A DNA stretch of 64,000 bases, from positions 33,052 to 97,051 of the forward strand of contig JAQWPT010000038.1 in the NCBI GenBank assembly GCA_029245245.1, in the 5' to 3' direction. Positions 9,689-20,928 of the stretch are shown here, one piece after another; the stretch's first letter is position 1; every line of letters begins with the position of its first letter. The notes under the pieces are model-generated. The model ran no database searches. It was not told where the DNA came from and worked only from the letters and a program-made list of their open reading frames with translations. A program made the translations under genes and the position numbers. The DNA is from Phycisphaerales bacterium. GTDB lineage: Bacteria > Planctomycetota > Phycisphaerae > Phycisphaerales > SM1A02.

Positions 9689-10376
9689 CTGGATCAGGCT
9701 TCTCCGTGTCCGGTTCGGACCGAGGTGGCAGCGGGATCCGTTCCTCCGAGACGGCCGAAGGAGGCCATGCCACGGGATCGTCAACTCCAATCAGGACCCA
9801 GGCGAATCGGTTCATGAGTTCCCTGCCGGCACCGGTCTTGGCCAACACGACGAACTCCGCTTCGCCGGGAACCAGATGCCCGGTGAACTCGAAGATGTAG
9901 GGTACTCGAACGGAGAAGTGGTCGTCGGAGAACACTGCCTCCCGTGATGCGTCCTGGGTGACACCAACGACTTCACCCCACCGCGTACGAATGGTGGCGA
10001 GGAAGCGAGCCGCGTCCTCTTCCGTCTCGCCCCCGGCGCCCTTGATGAAGGCGGCTTCGAATCCAGGAATGTCACCGGCCATGCCGGACTGAATCGCAGC
10101 CCGTGGCCCCTCGATGAGCGGAATCCGGATCTCGGCGTTCCACCAGATCAAGAAGCCGGACGTCAATGGCGTAACCAGCAGGCCGATGATGAGCCCGATC
10201 CACGCGACCGTTCGGCCTCGCCGACCATTGACCCGCACGTCACGCAGGCCCAGCAGTCCCAGTGGAATCGAGAACACCGTCACGATGGGACACATTCCCA
10301 GTGACGTCACCAGTGAAAGGACGGCCCAGGCACTGATGCTGCCACGTGGTGCAGTTGCGGGCGGAACACCAGTCAT
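9681..10376 (-). CDS. DUF4190-like membrane protein, paralog B
   Basis: Two hydrophobic helices flank a basic loop (GLLGLRDVRVNGRRGRTVAWIGLIIGLLV), followed by a roughly 150-aa soluble domain and an acidic Pro tail. 8-nt overlap with the downstream ATPase start and an ATGA overlap upstream. Confidence 0.55.
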   Translation of the reverse strand: MTGVPPATAPRGSISAWAVLSLVTSLGMCPIVTVFSIPLGLLGLRDVRVNGRRGRTVAWIGLIIGLLVTPLTSGFLIWWNAEIRIPLIEGPRAAIQSGMAGDIPGFEAAFIKGAGGETEEDAARFLATIRTRWGEVVGVTQDASREAVFSDDHFSVRVPYIFEFTGHLVPGEAEFVVLAKTGAGRELMNRFAWVLIGVDDPVAWPPSAVSEERIPLPPRSEPDTEKPDPDG

Positions 10377-11113
10377 GAATCACCTCCGGCGTTGTCATCG
10401 GGCTCGGCATCGGGCTCGGCATCGGGCTCGGCCCGGGGAAGGACAAGTTCGCCACCATCGCCATCATCGATACGTAGTTCGAGCAGCAGGGGCATGAGCG
10501 TCCAGGGCGTCATGGGATCCGTCGCCGTCTTGAGCACGAACCTGGCCGAGCCGTTTCGCTCGTCGCCGTCGAATCGGCAGATGATCCAGCAGGTTGCCTC
10601 CGGCGACAGCAGGGATGCACCGGGGACGGTCTGCATGGATCCGATCCGCACCGAGCTGAAGGTGCCCAGTTTCGATTTCAGGTCGGAACCGAACTCGACG
10701 AGTTCCTCGTGAGCGACCGTGGCATCACGGATGGACCACCACTGCAGTGCGGAATCGAACTCCCCATCCTCGACGGCATGCAGGAATCCATCCAGAGCAA
10801 CACCCATGTCCTTCTGCTGCTGTGACTCCATCACCTCGGCCAGTTGCTGGAATCCCACCAGCGTCACGATGCTCATGATCAGTCCGCCGAAGATCGCGAA
10901 CAGGCTCGCCCGTCGACCACCAAGCCGCCCCATCGAGTCTCGAATGCGGCGCCACGCAATCACCCCCAGGACCGCACCCAGGGCATTGACGGGTGGGCAG
11001 AAGGGAATGAACGCGAGGACCACGCCCACCACGGCAAGGGCGGACAACCGGGGGCGAACCGCCACCGGCTCCTGCGGAGCCTGTTGATCGGGGATGGAAG
11101 GAAGATCAGTCAT
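10373..11113 (-). CDS. DUF4190-like membrane protein, paralog A
   Basis: Same layout as paralog B (VLGVIAWRRIRDSMGRLGGRRASLFAIFGGLIM), a soluble domain, and a tail of PDAEPDAEPDAEPD. Confidence 0.55.
   Translation of the reverse strand: MTDLPSIPDQQAPQEPVAVRPRLSALAVVGVVLAFIPFCPPVNALGAVLGVIAWRRIRDSMGRLGGRRASLFAIFGGLIMSIVTLVGFQQLAEVMESQQQKDMGVALDGFLHAVEDGEFDSALQWWSIRDATVAHEELVEFGSDLKSKLGTFSSVRIGSMQTVPGASLLSPEATCWIICRFDGDERNGSARFVLKTATDPMTPWTLMPLLLELRIDDGDGGELVLPRAEPDAEPDAEPDDNAGGDS
10397..10432. repeat. 3 x 12-nt perfect tandem repeat (ATCGGGCTCGGC)
   Basis: Read directly from the sequence. Encodes (AEPD)x3 in the C-terminal tail of paralog A on the minus strand. Confidence 0.9.
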
Positions 11114-11154
11114 CGGTGGCGAGCATTCTAGCGGTCTTGGGATACACTCGATTC

Positions 11155-12435
11155 ATGTCCACTTCCCTGCTCGATACCTCGATCCAGCGCGTCACCGTGC
11201 TCGGGCTGGGGCGATTCGGCGGCGGGCTCGGCGTCACTCGCTGGTGGCTGGACCGGGGGGCCGATGTTCTGGTCACCGACATGGCCTCGTCCGACGACCT
11301 CGTGGACGCGACGACGTGCCTTGAAGGCCACGCCCGGCGTGAACACCTGCGGTGGCGACTGGGCGAGCATCGGGTCGAGGACTTCACCGAAGCCGACCTC
11401 GTGGTGGCGAACCCGGCCGTTGCCATGCCATGGGAGCATGAGTACCTGCGAGCCTCCTGGGATGCCGAAGTTCCGGTGACCACCGAGATCGCCCTGCTGG
11501 TGGCACAACTCGATCGGTCGAAGGTCGTGGGCATCACCGGCACCGCCGGAAAATCGACGACCGCGGCGATGACGCACCATGTCCTCGGCGCATGCGGGGT
11601 TCCCTCGGTGCTCGGAGGCAACATCGGTGGCTCGCTGCTGACGTCGATCGGCACGACACGCCATGCCGACGCCGTAGTCCTTGAACTCTCCAGCGCGATG
11701 CTGTGGTGGCTTGGCGCCACCGATGACGCACCCGCCGGTGCCCCGTGCTGGTCGCCGTCGATCGCGGTCACTACCAATATCGAGGCCAACCACGTGGATT
11801 GGCATGGCAGCGAGGACCACTACCGCCGATGCAAGGCGGGACTGACACGCCATCAGGTCGACGGCGACGCTCACCTCCAGGGCGATCCCGGTGGTGATGC
11901 CATTGCGCTGTGCATTCCCGGCCGACACAACCAGGGCAACGCACGACTGGCCCTGGCCGCGGCCCTGCGCATCGCGGACATCGACCCGCAGGCGGCCGCC
12001 GCGTCGCTGGCTTCCTTCACCGGACTGCCACACCGACTGGAACGCATCGCCAGCGACGACGGCTTCCACTACTTCAACGATTCCAAGTCCACCACCCCGC
12101 AGGCGACGGTGCTCGCCATCGAGGCCATGGATGATCCTTCCCGGGTCCACCTCGTCGCCGGTGGGTACGACAAGGGTGTCCCCCTGGATGCCATCGCACG
12201 GCACGGCGGTGAACTGGCCGGGCTCTACGCCATCGGCGATACCGGTGGTGACCTGGCCGCCCTGGCCGGTGGGCGCGACTGCGGCACCCTGGCCGAGGCC
12301 GTCCAACGGGCCCGGCAGCACATGAAGAAGGGTGACGTGCTCCTGCTGAGCCCCGGCTGCGCCAGTTGGGATCAGTTCGAGAATTTCCAGGCCCGTGGTG
12401 AGGCCTTCCGGGCCCTGATCAGTCCGCAAGCCTGA
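11155..12435 (+). CDS. murD: UDP-N-acetylmuramoyl-L-alanine--D-glutamate ligase
   Basis: ORF 11116..12435 has a GTG start; the ATG at 11155 gives MSTSLLDTSIQRVTVLGLGRFGGG (Rossmann N-terminus). Mur ligase P-loop GITGTAGKSTTAAM. Confidence 0.85.
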   Translation: MSTSLLDTSIQRVTVLGLGRFGGGLGVTRWWLDRGADVLVTDMASSDDLVDATTCLEGHARREHLRWRLGEHRVEDFTEADLVVANPAVAMPWEHEYLRASWDAEVPVTTEIALLVAQLDRSKVVGITGTAGKSTTAAMTHHVLGACGVPSVLGGNIGGSLLTSIGTTRHADAVVLELSSAMLWWLGATDDAPAGAPCWSPSIAVTTNIEANHVDWHGSEDHYRRCKAGLTRHQVDGDAHLQGDPGGDAIALCIPGRHNQGNARLALAAALRIADIDPQAAAASLASFTGLPHRLERIASDDGFHYFNDSKSTTPQATVLAIEAMDDPSRVHLVAGGYDKGVPLDAIARHGGELAGLYAIGDTGGDLAALAGGRDCGTLAEAVQRARQHMKKGDVLLLSPGCASWDQFENFQARGEAFRALISPQA

Positions 12436-13369
12436 GCTGACCCACCAGTTCCCCGATGGATGCACAGTTCTGGTCACGAACCCAGCGGGCAAGCCCGCGG
12501 TTGATCCGGCGTGGTGCCCCGGGGTCGTGATAGAGCGTGGTGCCGATGCCGACCGCGGTGGCCCCGGCAAGAATGAAGGCCGCAGCCTGCTCCCAGCGTC
12601 GCACGCCGCCGAGGCCGATGATCGGGATGCCCGCATCGCGGGCGACGCCAGCATGCACGCGCTGCACCATCGAGACCGCCGGCAGGTGCACGGCCGGTCC
12701 ACTGAGTCCACCGTGCCCGAATCCCAGTCGTGACGTGCGGTCATCGACGTCGATGGAGAGGGCGGGAATCGTGTTGATCATGGTGAGACCGTCCGCCCCG
12801 GCCTCGATGGCCGCGGCCGCCATGGGCACCGCGGTCTCGAAGAGCAGCGGCAGTTTCACCAGCAACCTGGAGTTCGTGACCGCAGCCCGGACTTCCCCCA
12901 CCACCTCGGCCAGTTCGGCCGGCCCATCCGTGAACCGACGACCCGTGCTCGAGTTCGGGCAGGAAAGGTTCAGTTCGATCAGCGGCAGGCTCTCGACCGG
13001 GTCGAAGGCGGCGGCGACCTGCACGTAGTCCTCGACGCAGTGGCCGGCAACCGAACCGATGAAGGTGGTGTTGCACCCGGCGAGGGTGGGCACGGTGCCA
13101 TCGATGAACGCCTCGACCCCCATGTTCATCAGGCCCACCGCGTTGAGCATGCCCGCGGGCACATCGGCCACCCGCATCGCGGCATTGCCGGCGCGGGGTT
13201 CCGGGGTGATGGACTTGGTGGTGACGGCACCGAGATCGGCAAGGTTCAGGACATCAGCCAACTCGGTGGCGGTCCCACCGGTGCCGGCCGCCGAAATGAT
13301 CGGTCCCGAAAGTTGCACCCCCGCAAGGGATGTTTTCAGGGACGAGTGCGGGTCCGCCATGGTGGACAT
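12419..13369 (-). CDS. pyrD: dihydroorotate dehydrogenase (class 1 type)
   Basis: Trimmed to ATG 13369. Motifs IISAAGTGG, LNLSCPNS, GLSGPAV and IIGLGGV..W.QAAAFILAGATAVGIGT. The 3' end overlaps murD by 17 nt. Confidence 0.85.
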   Translation of the reverse strand: MSTMADPHSSLKTSLAGVQLSGPIISAAGTGGTATELADVLNLADLGAVTTKSITPEPRAGNAAMRVADVPAGMLNAVGLMNMGVEAFIDGTVPTLAGCNTTFIGSVAGHCVEDYVQVAAAFDPVESLPLIELNLSCPNSSTGRRFTDGPAELAEVVGEVRAAVTNSRLLVKLPLLFETAVPMAAAAIEAGADGLTMINTIPALSIDVDDRTSRLGFGHGGLSGPAVHLPAVSMVQRVHAGVARDAGIPIIGLGGVRRWEQAAAFILAGATAVGIGTTLYHDPGAPRRINRGLARWVRDQNCASIGELVGQLRLAD

Positions 13370-13415
13370 GATACCGCCAGCCCGAGATTCGCGGGACTTC
13401 CTACAATGGCCCGCC

Positions 13416-14039
13416 ATGAACACCACCGACGAACGTATCACCCAATTCGAGAACATGGCCTCGTCCGATCCGGACAACGAGATGGCCCACTTCAGCCTCG
13501 GCAACGCCTACTTCCAGGCCGAACGATTCGCTGAAGCCGCCGTCAGTTTTGAACGCTGCATCGAGCTCAATCCCGAGATGAGCAAGGCCTACCAACTCGC
13601 CGGCGAAGCCCTGGTCAAGGCCGGGTGGTCGGACAAGGCCGTCGAGGTACTCAACACCGGCTACGTGATCGCCGCCCGCCGCGGCGAGCAGCTGCCCCTG
13701 AAAGCCATGGCGGAACAACTCGAAGAGATCGGTCGCCCCGTACCGGTGCTTGATGAGAAGGTTGAAGCCGAGGCTGCTCAGCGTGCTGCTTCCGGCACCT
13801 TCACCTGCGGCCGCACCGGTCGCGACGGTACGCAGCTCGAGTCCCCTCCCTTCAAGGGCTCCGTGGGTGAATGGGTCCAGGCCAACATCGCCGCCGAAAC
13901 CTGGCAGGAGTGGATCGGCCAGGGCACGAAGGTGATCAACGAACTGCGACTGGACCTCTCACGCGACGAGGACGCGGCCGCCTACGACCAGCACATGCAC
14001 GAGTTCCTCGGGGTTCCCGAGGACGTCAGCGGCGGCTGA
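13416..14039 (+). CDS. TPR-repeat / YggX-type Fe(2+)-trafficking protein fusion
   Basis: ORF 13059..14039 trimmed to ATG 13416. N-terminal TPR-like helices (AHFSLGNAYFQAERFAEAAVSFERCIELNPEMSKAYQLAGEAL). The C-terminal roughly 90 aa, FTCGRTG..QLESPPFKGSVGEWVQANIAAETWQEWIGQGTKVINELRLDLS..., is collinear with E. coli YggX. Confidence 0.7.
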   Translation: MNTTDERITQFENMASSDPDNEMAHFSLGNAYFQAERFAEAAVSFERCIELNPEMSKAYQLAGEALVKAGWSDKAVEVLNTGYVIAARRGEQLPLKAMAEQLEEIGRPVPVLDEKVEAEAAQRAASGTFTCGRTGRDGTQLESPPFKGSVGEWVQANIAAETWQEWIGQGTKVINELRLDLSRDEDAAAYDQHMHEFLGVPEDVSGG

Positions 14040-16019
14040 TCACCAGCTGCCGATCTTCCGGTTGTAGATCCACCACTCGATCAGCAGGATGACCAGGCAC
14101 ATGCCGATGGCCCAGGGCCACAGCGGGCGGTAGCGCACCGCCCCGGCATCGGTCGACTCGATGCGCTGCATGCCCAGCACGACCTCCTGTGCCGCGGCGG
14201 CATCCGATTCCACCTGGGGCAGTCGAACCGACTCGTACCAGTTGAACTCCTCGCCGGTTCCGGACCGCGTGTAGCGCAGTTCATGGAGGCCACTGAGTTC
14301 GACGGGGCCCCAGCTCACCCGAGCGGGATCCTGCTGCGACAGATCGAACACCTCTCCCGAGGGAGTGGTGAGCACCAGGTCCGTGGCGTCCGCGGGCAGG
14401 TGGGCGACCAGCGCAGCGCCCGGCGACAGCTGCGTCCGGGTCAATGCATCTCCATGGTGACCGAGGTACTCCACCGTGTTGAACAGGAACACGCCGAGCC
14501 CGCGCTGGTACGGCCAGTTTGAATCCGCGATCGGATCGAAGGTCGTGAAGACGTGCTCACGTCCCTCGTGCACGAAGGTGAGCATGAGCGGTCCGCTGCT
14601 GCCCTGGAGCACCACCTCGGCGTTCTCGCTGCCCTGCACCTGGCGGGCACGGTCCACGTAGATCGGATCGACGTCGACGTACCGAAGCACGGGGTGGTCA
14701 CCGCTGCCGCCGAGTATGACCTGGCCTTCGGCCTCGCCGTAGGCACGCACCTGGTCGGTCGGTGGCGTCCGTCCCAGGAATACGGAAGGAATCGACGGCA
14801 TGGTCCGCGGCGCAACGGCATCGAACACCAGGACATCCCAATCCCCCACCTGTCCGGCGTCGGTGACTGCCTCGTAGGCCTCGGGAGTCATGACGTCCAG
14901 TCGCTGAAGGGACAGTCCTGCCATGATCCGGCGCACCAGGCGACGGTTCGGCGTGACCAGGCCCACCCGCAACTGTCGTGGAGGCGGTACCACCATCGAC
15001 GCGGCATCGTCTACGGCCAACGCATCCTCACGCAGCAGCGCGACCTCGATGACCGCATCACGATCCTGCTGGAACGGAGTGAAGGTGAGGTTGCGGCGAC
15101 CCGGCACCAGTCCACCGGCTACGGGATCACGCGTGGCCGCCGGAAGTTCGACTTCCTCCACCCGCCGCGCGATCCCGTCGATCGACAACTGCACGTCGGC
15201 GACGACGACGGAGGGATTCCAGTTCGCCAGGCCCGCGAAGACCTCGACGAAGGCCGGACGGTCGTAGGGACGTTCGGCCGCGACGTGCGCCACCGAGATG
15301 TTGTCGACGTCCCCCGAGCCCACACGCTGGAACACGAGCGATTCACCGCGGAGCACGAGCCCCTCGAGGTCCTGGATCCGTCCGTCGGAGAAGAGGACGA
15401 GCGAAGCCGCCTCCGCGATGGGCCGATCCACGAGCTCCGGGTTCGGGTTGGTGCTGTACACCCTCGCGAGATTCAATGCGTCCTCGATGCGGCTGCGGCC
15501 GTGCGAGAGCGAGATGCCCGCCAGGGCATCCTGCAGCTGCTGGCGTGAACCGGTGAAGGGCTGGACGATCTCCGCGGTCTCGGAGAACGAGATGATCATG
15601 GTTTCCTCGTTGCCGCCGCCGAAGAGACCACCGGCGTGCAGTCGATCGATCTCCGCCGATGCCGCCTCCAGGGCCGCCTCGAACCGGGTGTCGCCGTCGA
15701 CATCGCGGACCTGCATGGACGCTGAGCGGTCGATGAGCAGGATCGTCCGTCCACCACCACCGCCTGCTCCTTCGATGCGGGGCTGCATCACGGCCAGGAT
15801 CAGCATGAGCAGGGCCAGCAGTTGCAGCAGCAGCAGGATGTTGCGTCGCAGCCTCTGGAACGGAGCGTTGGCACGCAGGTCCTCCGTCGAGGACAACCAC
15901 AGCAACGTGCTGGAGACCACCTGGGTCGACCGCCGCAGTTTCAGGAAGTACAGCAGCAGCAGCAGCGGCACCGTGCACGCAGCGAGAATGAAACCGGTCC
16001 AGGGCGTCAACCACATCAT
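14040..16019 (-). CDS. BatA-type N-terminal double-TM / VWA domain membrane protein
   Basis: Trimmed to ATG 16019: MMWLTPWTGFILAACTVPLLLLLYFLKLRR (aerotolerance-regulator N-terminal motif). MIDAS LIDRSASM and a C-terminal TM. ATGA overlap with DUF58. Confidence 0.75.
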   Translation of the reverse strand: MMWLTPWTGFILAACTVPLLLLLYFLKLRRSTQVVSSTLLWLSSTEDLRANAPFQRLRRNILLLLQLLALLMLILAVMQPRIEGAGGGGGRTILLIDRSASMQVRDVDGDTRFEAALEAASAEIDRLHAGGLFGGGNEETMIISFSETAEIVQPFTGSRQQLQDALAGISLSHGRSRIEDALNLARVYSTNPNPELVDRPIAEAASLVLFSDGRIQDLEGLVLRGESLVFQRVGSGDVDNISVAHVAAERPYDRPAFVEVFAGLANWNPSVVVADVQLSIDGIARRVEEVELPAATRDPVAGGLVPGRRNLTFTPFQQDRDAVIEVALLREDALAVDDAASMVVPPPRQLRVGLVTPNRRLVRRIMAGLSLQRLDVMTPEAYEAVTDAGQVGDWDVLVFDAVAPRTMPSIPSVFLGRTPPTDQVRAYGEAEGQVILGGSGDHPVLRYVDVDPIYVDRARQVQGSENAEVVLQGSSGPLMLTFVHEGREHVFTTFDPIADSNWPYQRGLGVFLFNTVEYLGHHGDALTRTQLSPGAALVAHLPADATDLVLTTPSGEVFDLSQQDPARVSWGPVELSGLHELRYTRSGTGEEFNWYESVRLPQVESDAAAAQEVVLGMQRIESTDAGAVRYRPLWPWAIGMCLVILLIEWWIYNRKIGSW

Positions 16020-16950
16020 CGGACGAGTCCCCGCTGCCGCATCGATTCGACCAGGACCGTTTCCAGGTCCGTGGAGGTGTGCACCGCCAGATGCCGCATC
16101 CCCCGCCGGGCACAGTTGTTTCGAAGTCGCCCGCAATGCTCATCCAGTCGCTGGCGGTAGGCCCGCAGCAGGGCCGGGGTCACCGTGATCTCCACGTCAC
16201 CGTGTCCTTCCACATCGCGAAGGCGCAGGTCACCCGAAAGGCCGTTGGCCGCAGGGTCGACTTCCTCCGGCGCAAGCACCTGGAGGCAGATCACCTCGTC
16301 ACCACGACCACCGAGGAACCGCAGTCCCTCCTCGATGCCGGACGGTTCCATGAAGTCCGACAGCAGGATGAGGACGCCGCGGCCACGACGCGACAACGCA
16401 AGCGTCTTCATCGCCTCGGCGAATCCACCCCCGGCATCGCCGTCGGCCGCCTCCAAATCCAGCAGCCATGACCCCATCTCCCGTGTCCGTCGCTTGCCCC
16501 GCAGCGTGCGAAGCGAGTCCACACCCCGTCCGTCGAACCCGTGCAGGCTGACTCGGTTGTGGTTGACCAGTCCGATGTACCCAAGGGCCATGGCCAGGCG
16601 GCGGCAGTAGGTGAGCTTGTTGGGATTCCCCCAGTCCATCGACGCGCTGGTGTCGATGGCGATGCCCAGCGACAGGTCCTCCTCTTCCAGGAAGAGTTTC
16701 AGGAACAGCGCATCAAGCCGGGCGTAGATGTTCCAGTCGACGAACCGCAGGTCGTCGCCTGGGCTGTAGGGTCGATAGTCGGCGAAGTCGACGCTCGTGC
16801 CGCGACGGCGTGAGCGGCGTTCACCGTGGATCTTTCCGCTGAAGATCTTGCGGGAGACGATGTCCAGTCGCTCGAGCTTGGACATGAGGCCACCACCGAG
16901 CAACTGGTCGATGCGGGTGGGGGTCGGTTCCGTGCTGGTTCCGAATCGAC

Positions 16951-16954
<4 letters not shown>
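16016..16954 (-). CDS. DUF58 domain protein (VWA-like)
   Basis: Hallmark DFADYRPYSPGDDLRFVDWN. Positioned directly after MoxR, as in Bat/MoxR operons. Confidence 0.8.
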
Positions 16955-18002
<1,048 letters not shown>

Positions 18003-18006
<4 letters not shown>

Positions 18007-20894
18007 GACCCGTCCCCTTCCTCGTGCTGGCGGCGGGCCCGGTCGCGGGCAGCCTTGAGCCGGCTCGTCATGTCCATGGAGGATTCATCCACCTCGGGTT
18101 CCGCCGTCACCGCAGGTTCCGCCGGGTCCGATGGAATCGATGGGGTCGAAGCCTTCGGTGGCGTCGCCTGCTTCGATGTGCGTGACTGCGTGCGTCGAGT
18201 GCGTCGCCAGGTGGCCAGCGAAGTCGCCACTCCGCTGGACGACCTGCGACTGGTGGTGGCATCCGTGGCCAGGGAACGCATCCATTGTCCGTCGACGGCG
18301 AGGCGGCGGACCGCCACATCGAGAATGAGGATTGCCGCCGCGATGATGGCCAGGATCGCCCAGGCCGGTTGCTCGCTGCGCGGGACATCGAGTTGAGTGC
18401 GATCGAAGAGATCCGGCAGCACCGCATCGTCCAGCGACAGGACACGCCCCCCGGTTTCCCGGGCCACGCGGTGCAGCAGTGCGGCATTGTGGGTCTGGCG
18501 CCGGTACTCGTCGGAATAGGATCGGTTGACCGCGGCCTGGATGTTGCCACTGGCCACGCCTCCCTGCTCGGAGGGAGAGGCGAAGTGCACGTTCACGACA
18601 TGTGAACCGGTCGCGTCGGGGCGGAACCGTCCCTGGTAGCGACCGGGTCCGACCTGCTGCAGGTCGATGGAGTCGACTTCCCCGGATGGACCGATCACAG
18701 AGGCCCGGGTCTGCAGGAAATTCAGGAATCCAGCGTCGGCTTCCAGCGCTTCGAGTTCGACGACCACGTCGCCCTCCTCTTCGCGGGTGTTGAGAATGAA
18801 CTCCGACGGCGTGGCCGGTCGCATGACCCAGCGCAGGCTCTGTTCCCAGAACGACGGGAAGGAGGACCACCCCACCCAGTCCGCCCCCCACCGCCCGGTG
18901 ATGTCGCAGGTGAAGGCGATGGATCGACCAAGGCCGAAGTTCCACCAGGCGTAGAGCGGATCGGTACCCCGGTCGGTGGAAATGGTGAACGTGGTCTGGG
19001 CCAGCCCTTCACGTGCCGCCGTCAGGTCGAATCCCTGCACCATGGGCACCGAGTCGAATCCCGAGACCGGCCCCGGCAGCGCGCTGGTCCGCTGGGGCTG
19101 GTACTGCCCTTCCTGGATCAACGACCGGACCACCAGCTGCGCTTCCTTGATGAAGATCTGCGGCAGTTTCGACGGGTCTTCCACGATGTAGAACTCGCCA
19201 CCGGTAACGTGCGCGACGGTCTGCATCGTGCCCCGCGCGGTGGGAACATGGGGTCCCACCAGCACCGTGGTGCAGGTGATCTTCGAGTCGACATAGGCGT
19301 TCAACAGCGACTGCGTCGGTGGCTGGGGATCCCCATCGGAAATGATGATGACATGCTTGTTGCCGGCCTGAACTCCCTGGAGCCCCTGCAGGGCCATCTG
19401 CATGGCCGGCGCAAACTCGGGCATGTCCCCGAAACGCAGTTGGCGGGTGGCGGCCATGGCGGCAAGCTTGTCGCCGACGACCTGCATCGGCAGCGCCCAG
19501 ACCGTGCCCGTCCCGTTGACGAACTCCACGATGCCGACCATGTCCAGGGAACTGAGCGCCTCGATCGCGGCTTCCGCAACCTTCTGTCCCCAGTAGTTGC
19601 CCTGGGGCATCTCGCAACTGTGCACGATCATCGCCAGGGCGCCCTGGAGGATCTGGCGATTCGCAGGTGGATCGAGTTTCACCGGCAGGACATCGGCCAG
19701 CGGAGAATCAATCCACCCCCCCGCACCGAAGGACTGCGGTCCGCCGGTCATCACCAGTCCACCTCCGGTGTCATGCACGTAGGCGCGAAGCGCCTCGACC
19801 TGCTGCCCGGTGAAGGACCAGCGAGGCACGTTGGCCAGCACGATGGCATCCCAGGCCAGCAGCGGCACGAGGCCCGAACCGAGGCTCGACGGTGCCCGGA
19901 TCTCGGTGTCGATGCCCACCTGCTTCATCGCCTGCTGGAGAGCCGATGCTTCCGCGATGTCTTCGGCCACGATGAGAACCGAACCCGATCCATGCACGAA
20001 TGTCACGGCGGTGGCCCGGTTGTTGCGTGTCAGGGCATCCATCGAAGGCGCATCGGCCTCGAACACCGCCTCGAACTGCTGGGGCCCCGCCCCCTGCAGG
20101 TCGACGGTGACTCGTTCCACGTGGGTGCCGCCGGAGAGTGACAACGGGATGCCCGATCCGCCGTTGGCGCCCATGGGTTGCCCGTTGCGCAGCAGGAAGA
20201 GCCGCCCCGTCGCCCGGCCCTGGCTCTGCAGCAGCACCGTCAACTCGACGGCCTGGCCCTGCCGTGCGCGAGCCGGTGCCAGCATGCGGTCGACCAGCAC
20301 CTCGTTTGCATGCGTGTATTCAAGCGGCAGCACGTCGATGGGCACTCGGCTGTGGCGAGCGAGGTCGGCAGCGGCGAGAATCGAACCGCGGGTCTCGTTG
20401 CCGTCGGAGACGAGCAGAATGCGGTTGGCGGTTTCCTGCGGCAGCAGCCCCTTGGCAAGTTCGACCCCACGAAACAGGTTCGTCTCCGAAAGATCGGCCG
20501 GTTCGCCGGAGAGATCGATGATCGACATGGTGTCGGGCATGGCGGTCGGCACCGCATCGAGCCCGACCTGCACCACCGCGATGCGGTCCCCCGCTTCCCG
20601 GCCCGGTCCCTCGGCTGCGGCCTGCAGGTAGGTGATCGCCCGTTCCAGCAGTGGCTGGGGAACACTCCGGCTGCGATCGAGCACCACCGCAACGGTGACG
20701 CCTTCGCCCTCCTGTTCCCAGGCCGGCTGGGCCAGCGTGAATGCCAGCACCAGCACCAGGAGCGTGCGCAGGGCCACGACGATCGACGTCCGCAACGGGG
20801 ACAGGCCCCCGCGACTCGACCAGGAAAGAATCCAGATCGGGATGACCAGCAGGACCAGCAGCAGCCAACCGGGATGTTCAAATGTGATCGGCAT
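18003..20894 (-). CDS. large multi-domain VWA membrane protein (BatA-type N-terminus, two VWA-like regions, GATase1-like middle)
   Basis: N-terminus MPITFEHPGWLLLVLLVIPIW, MIDAS-like VLDRSRSV, a central ...WDAIVLANVP...GGGLVMTGG region, and a C-terminal TM AILAIIAAAILIL. Confidence 0.75.
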
Positions 20895-20928
20895 GCACGT
20901 GGTGCCCTGCTGGCATCATACTCCTGCC

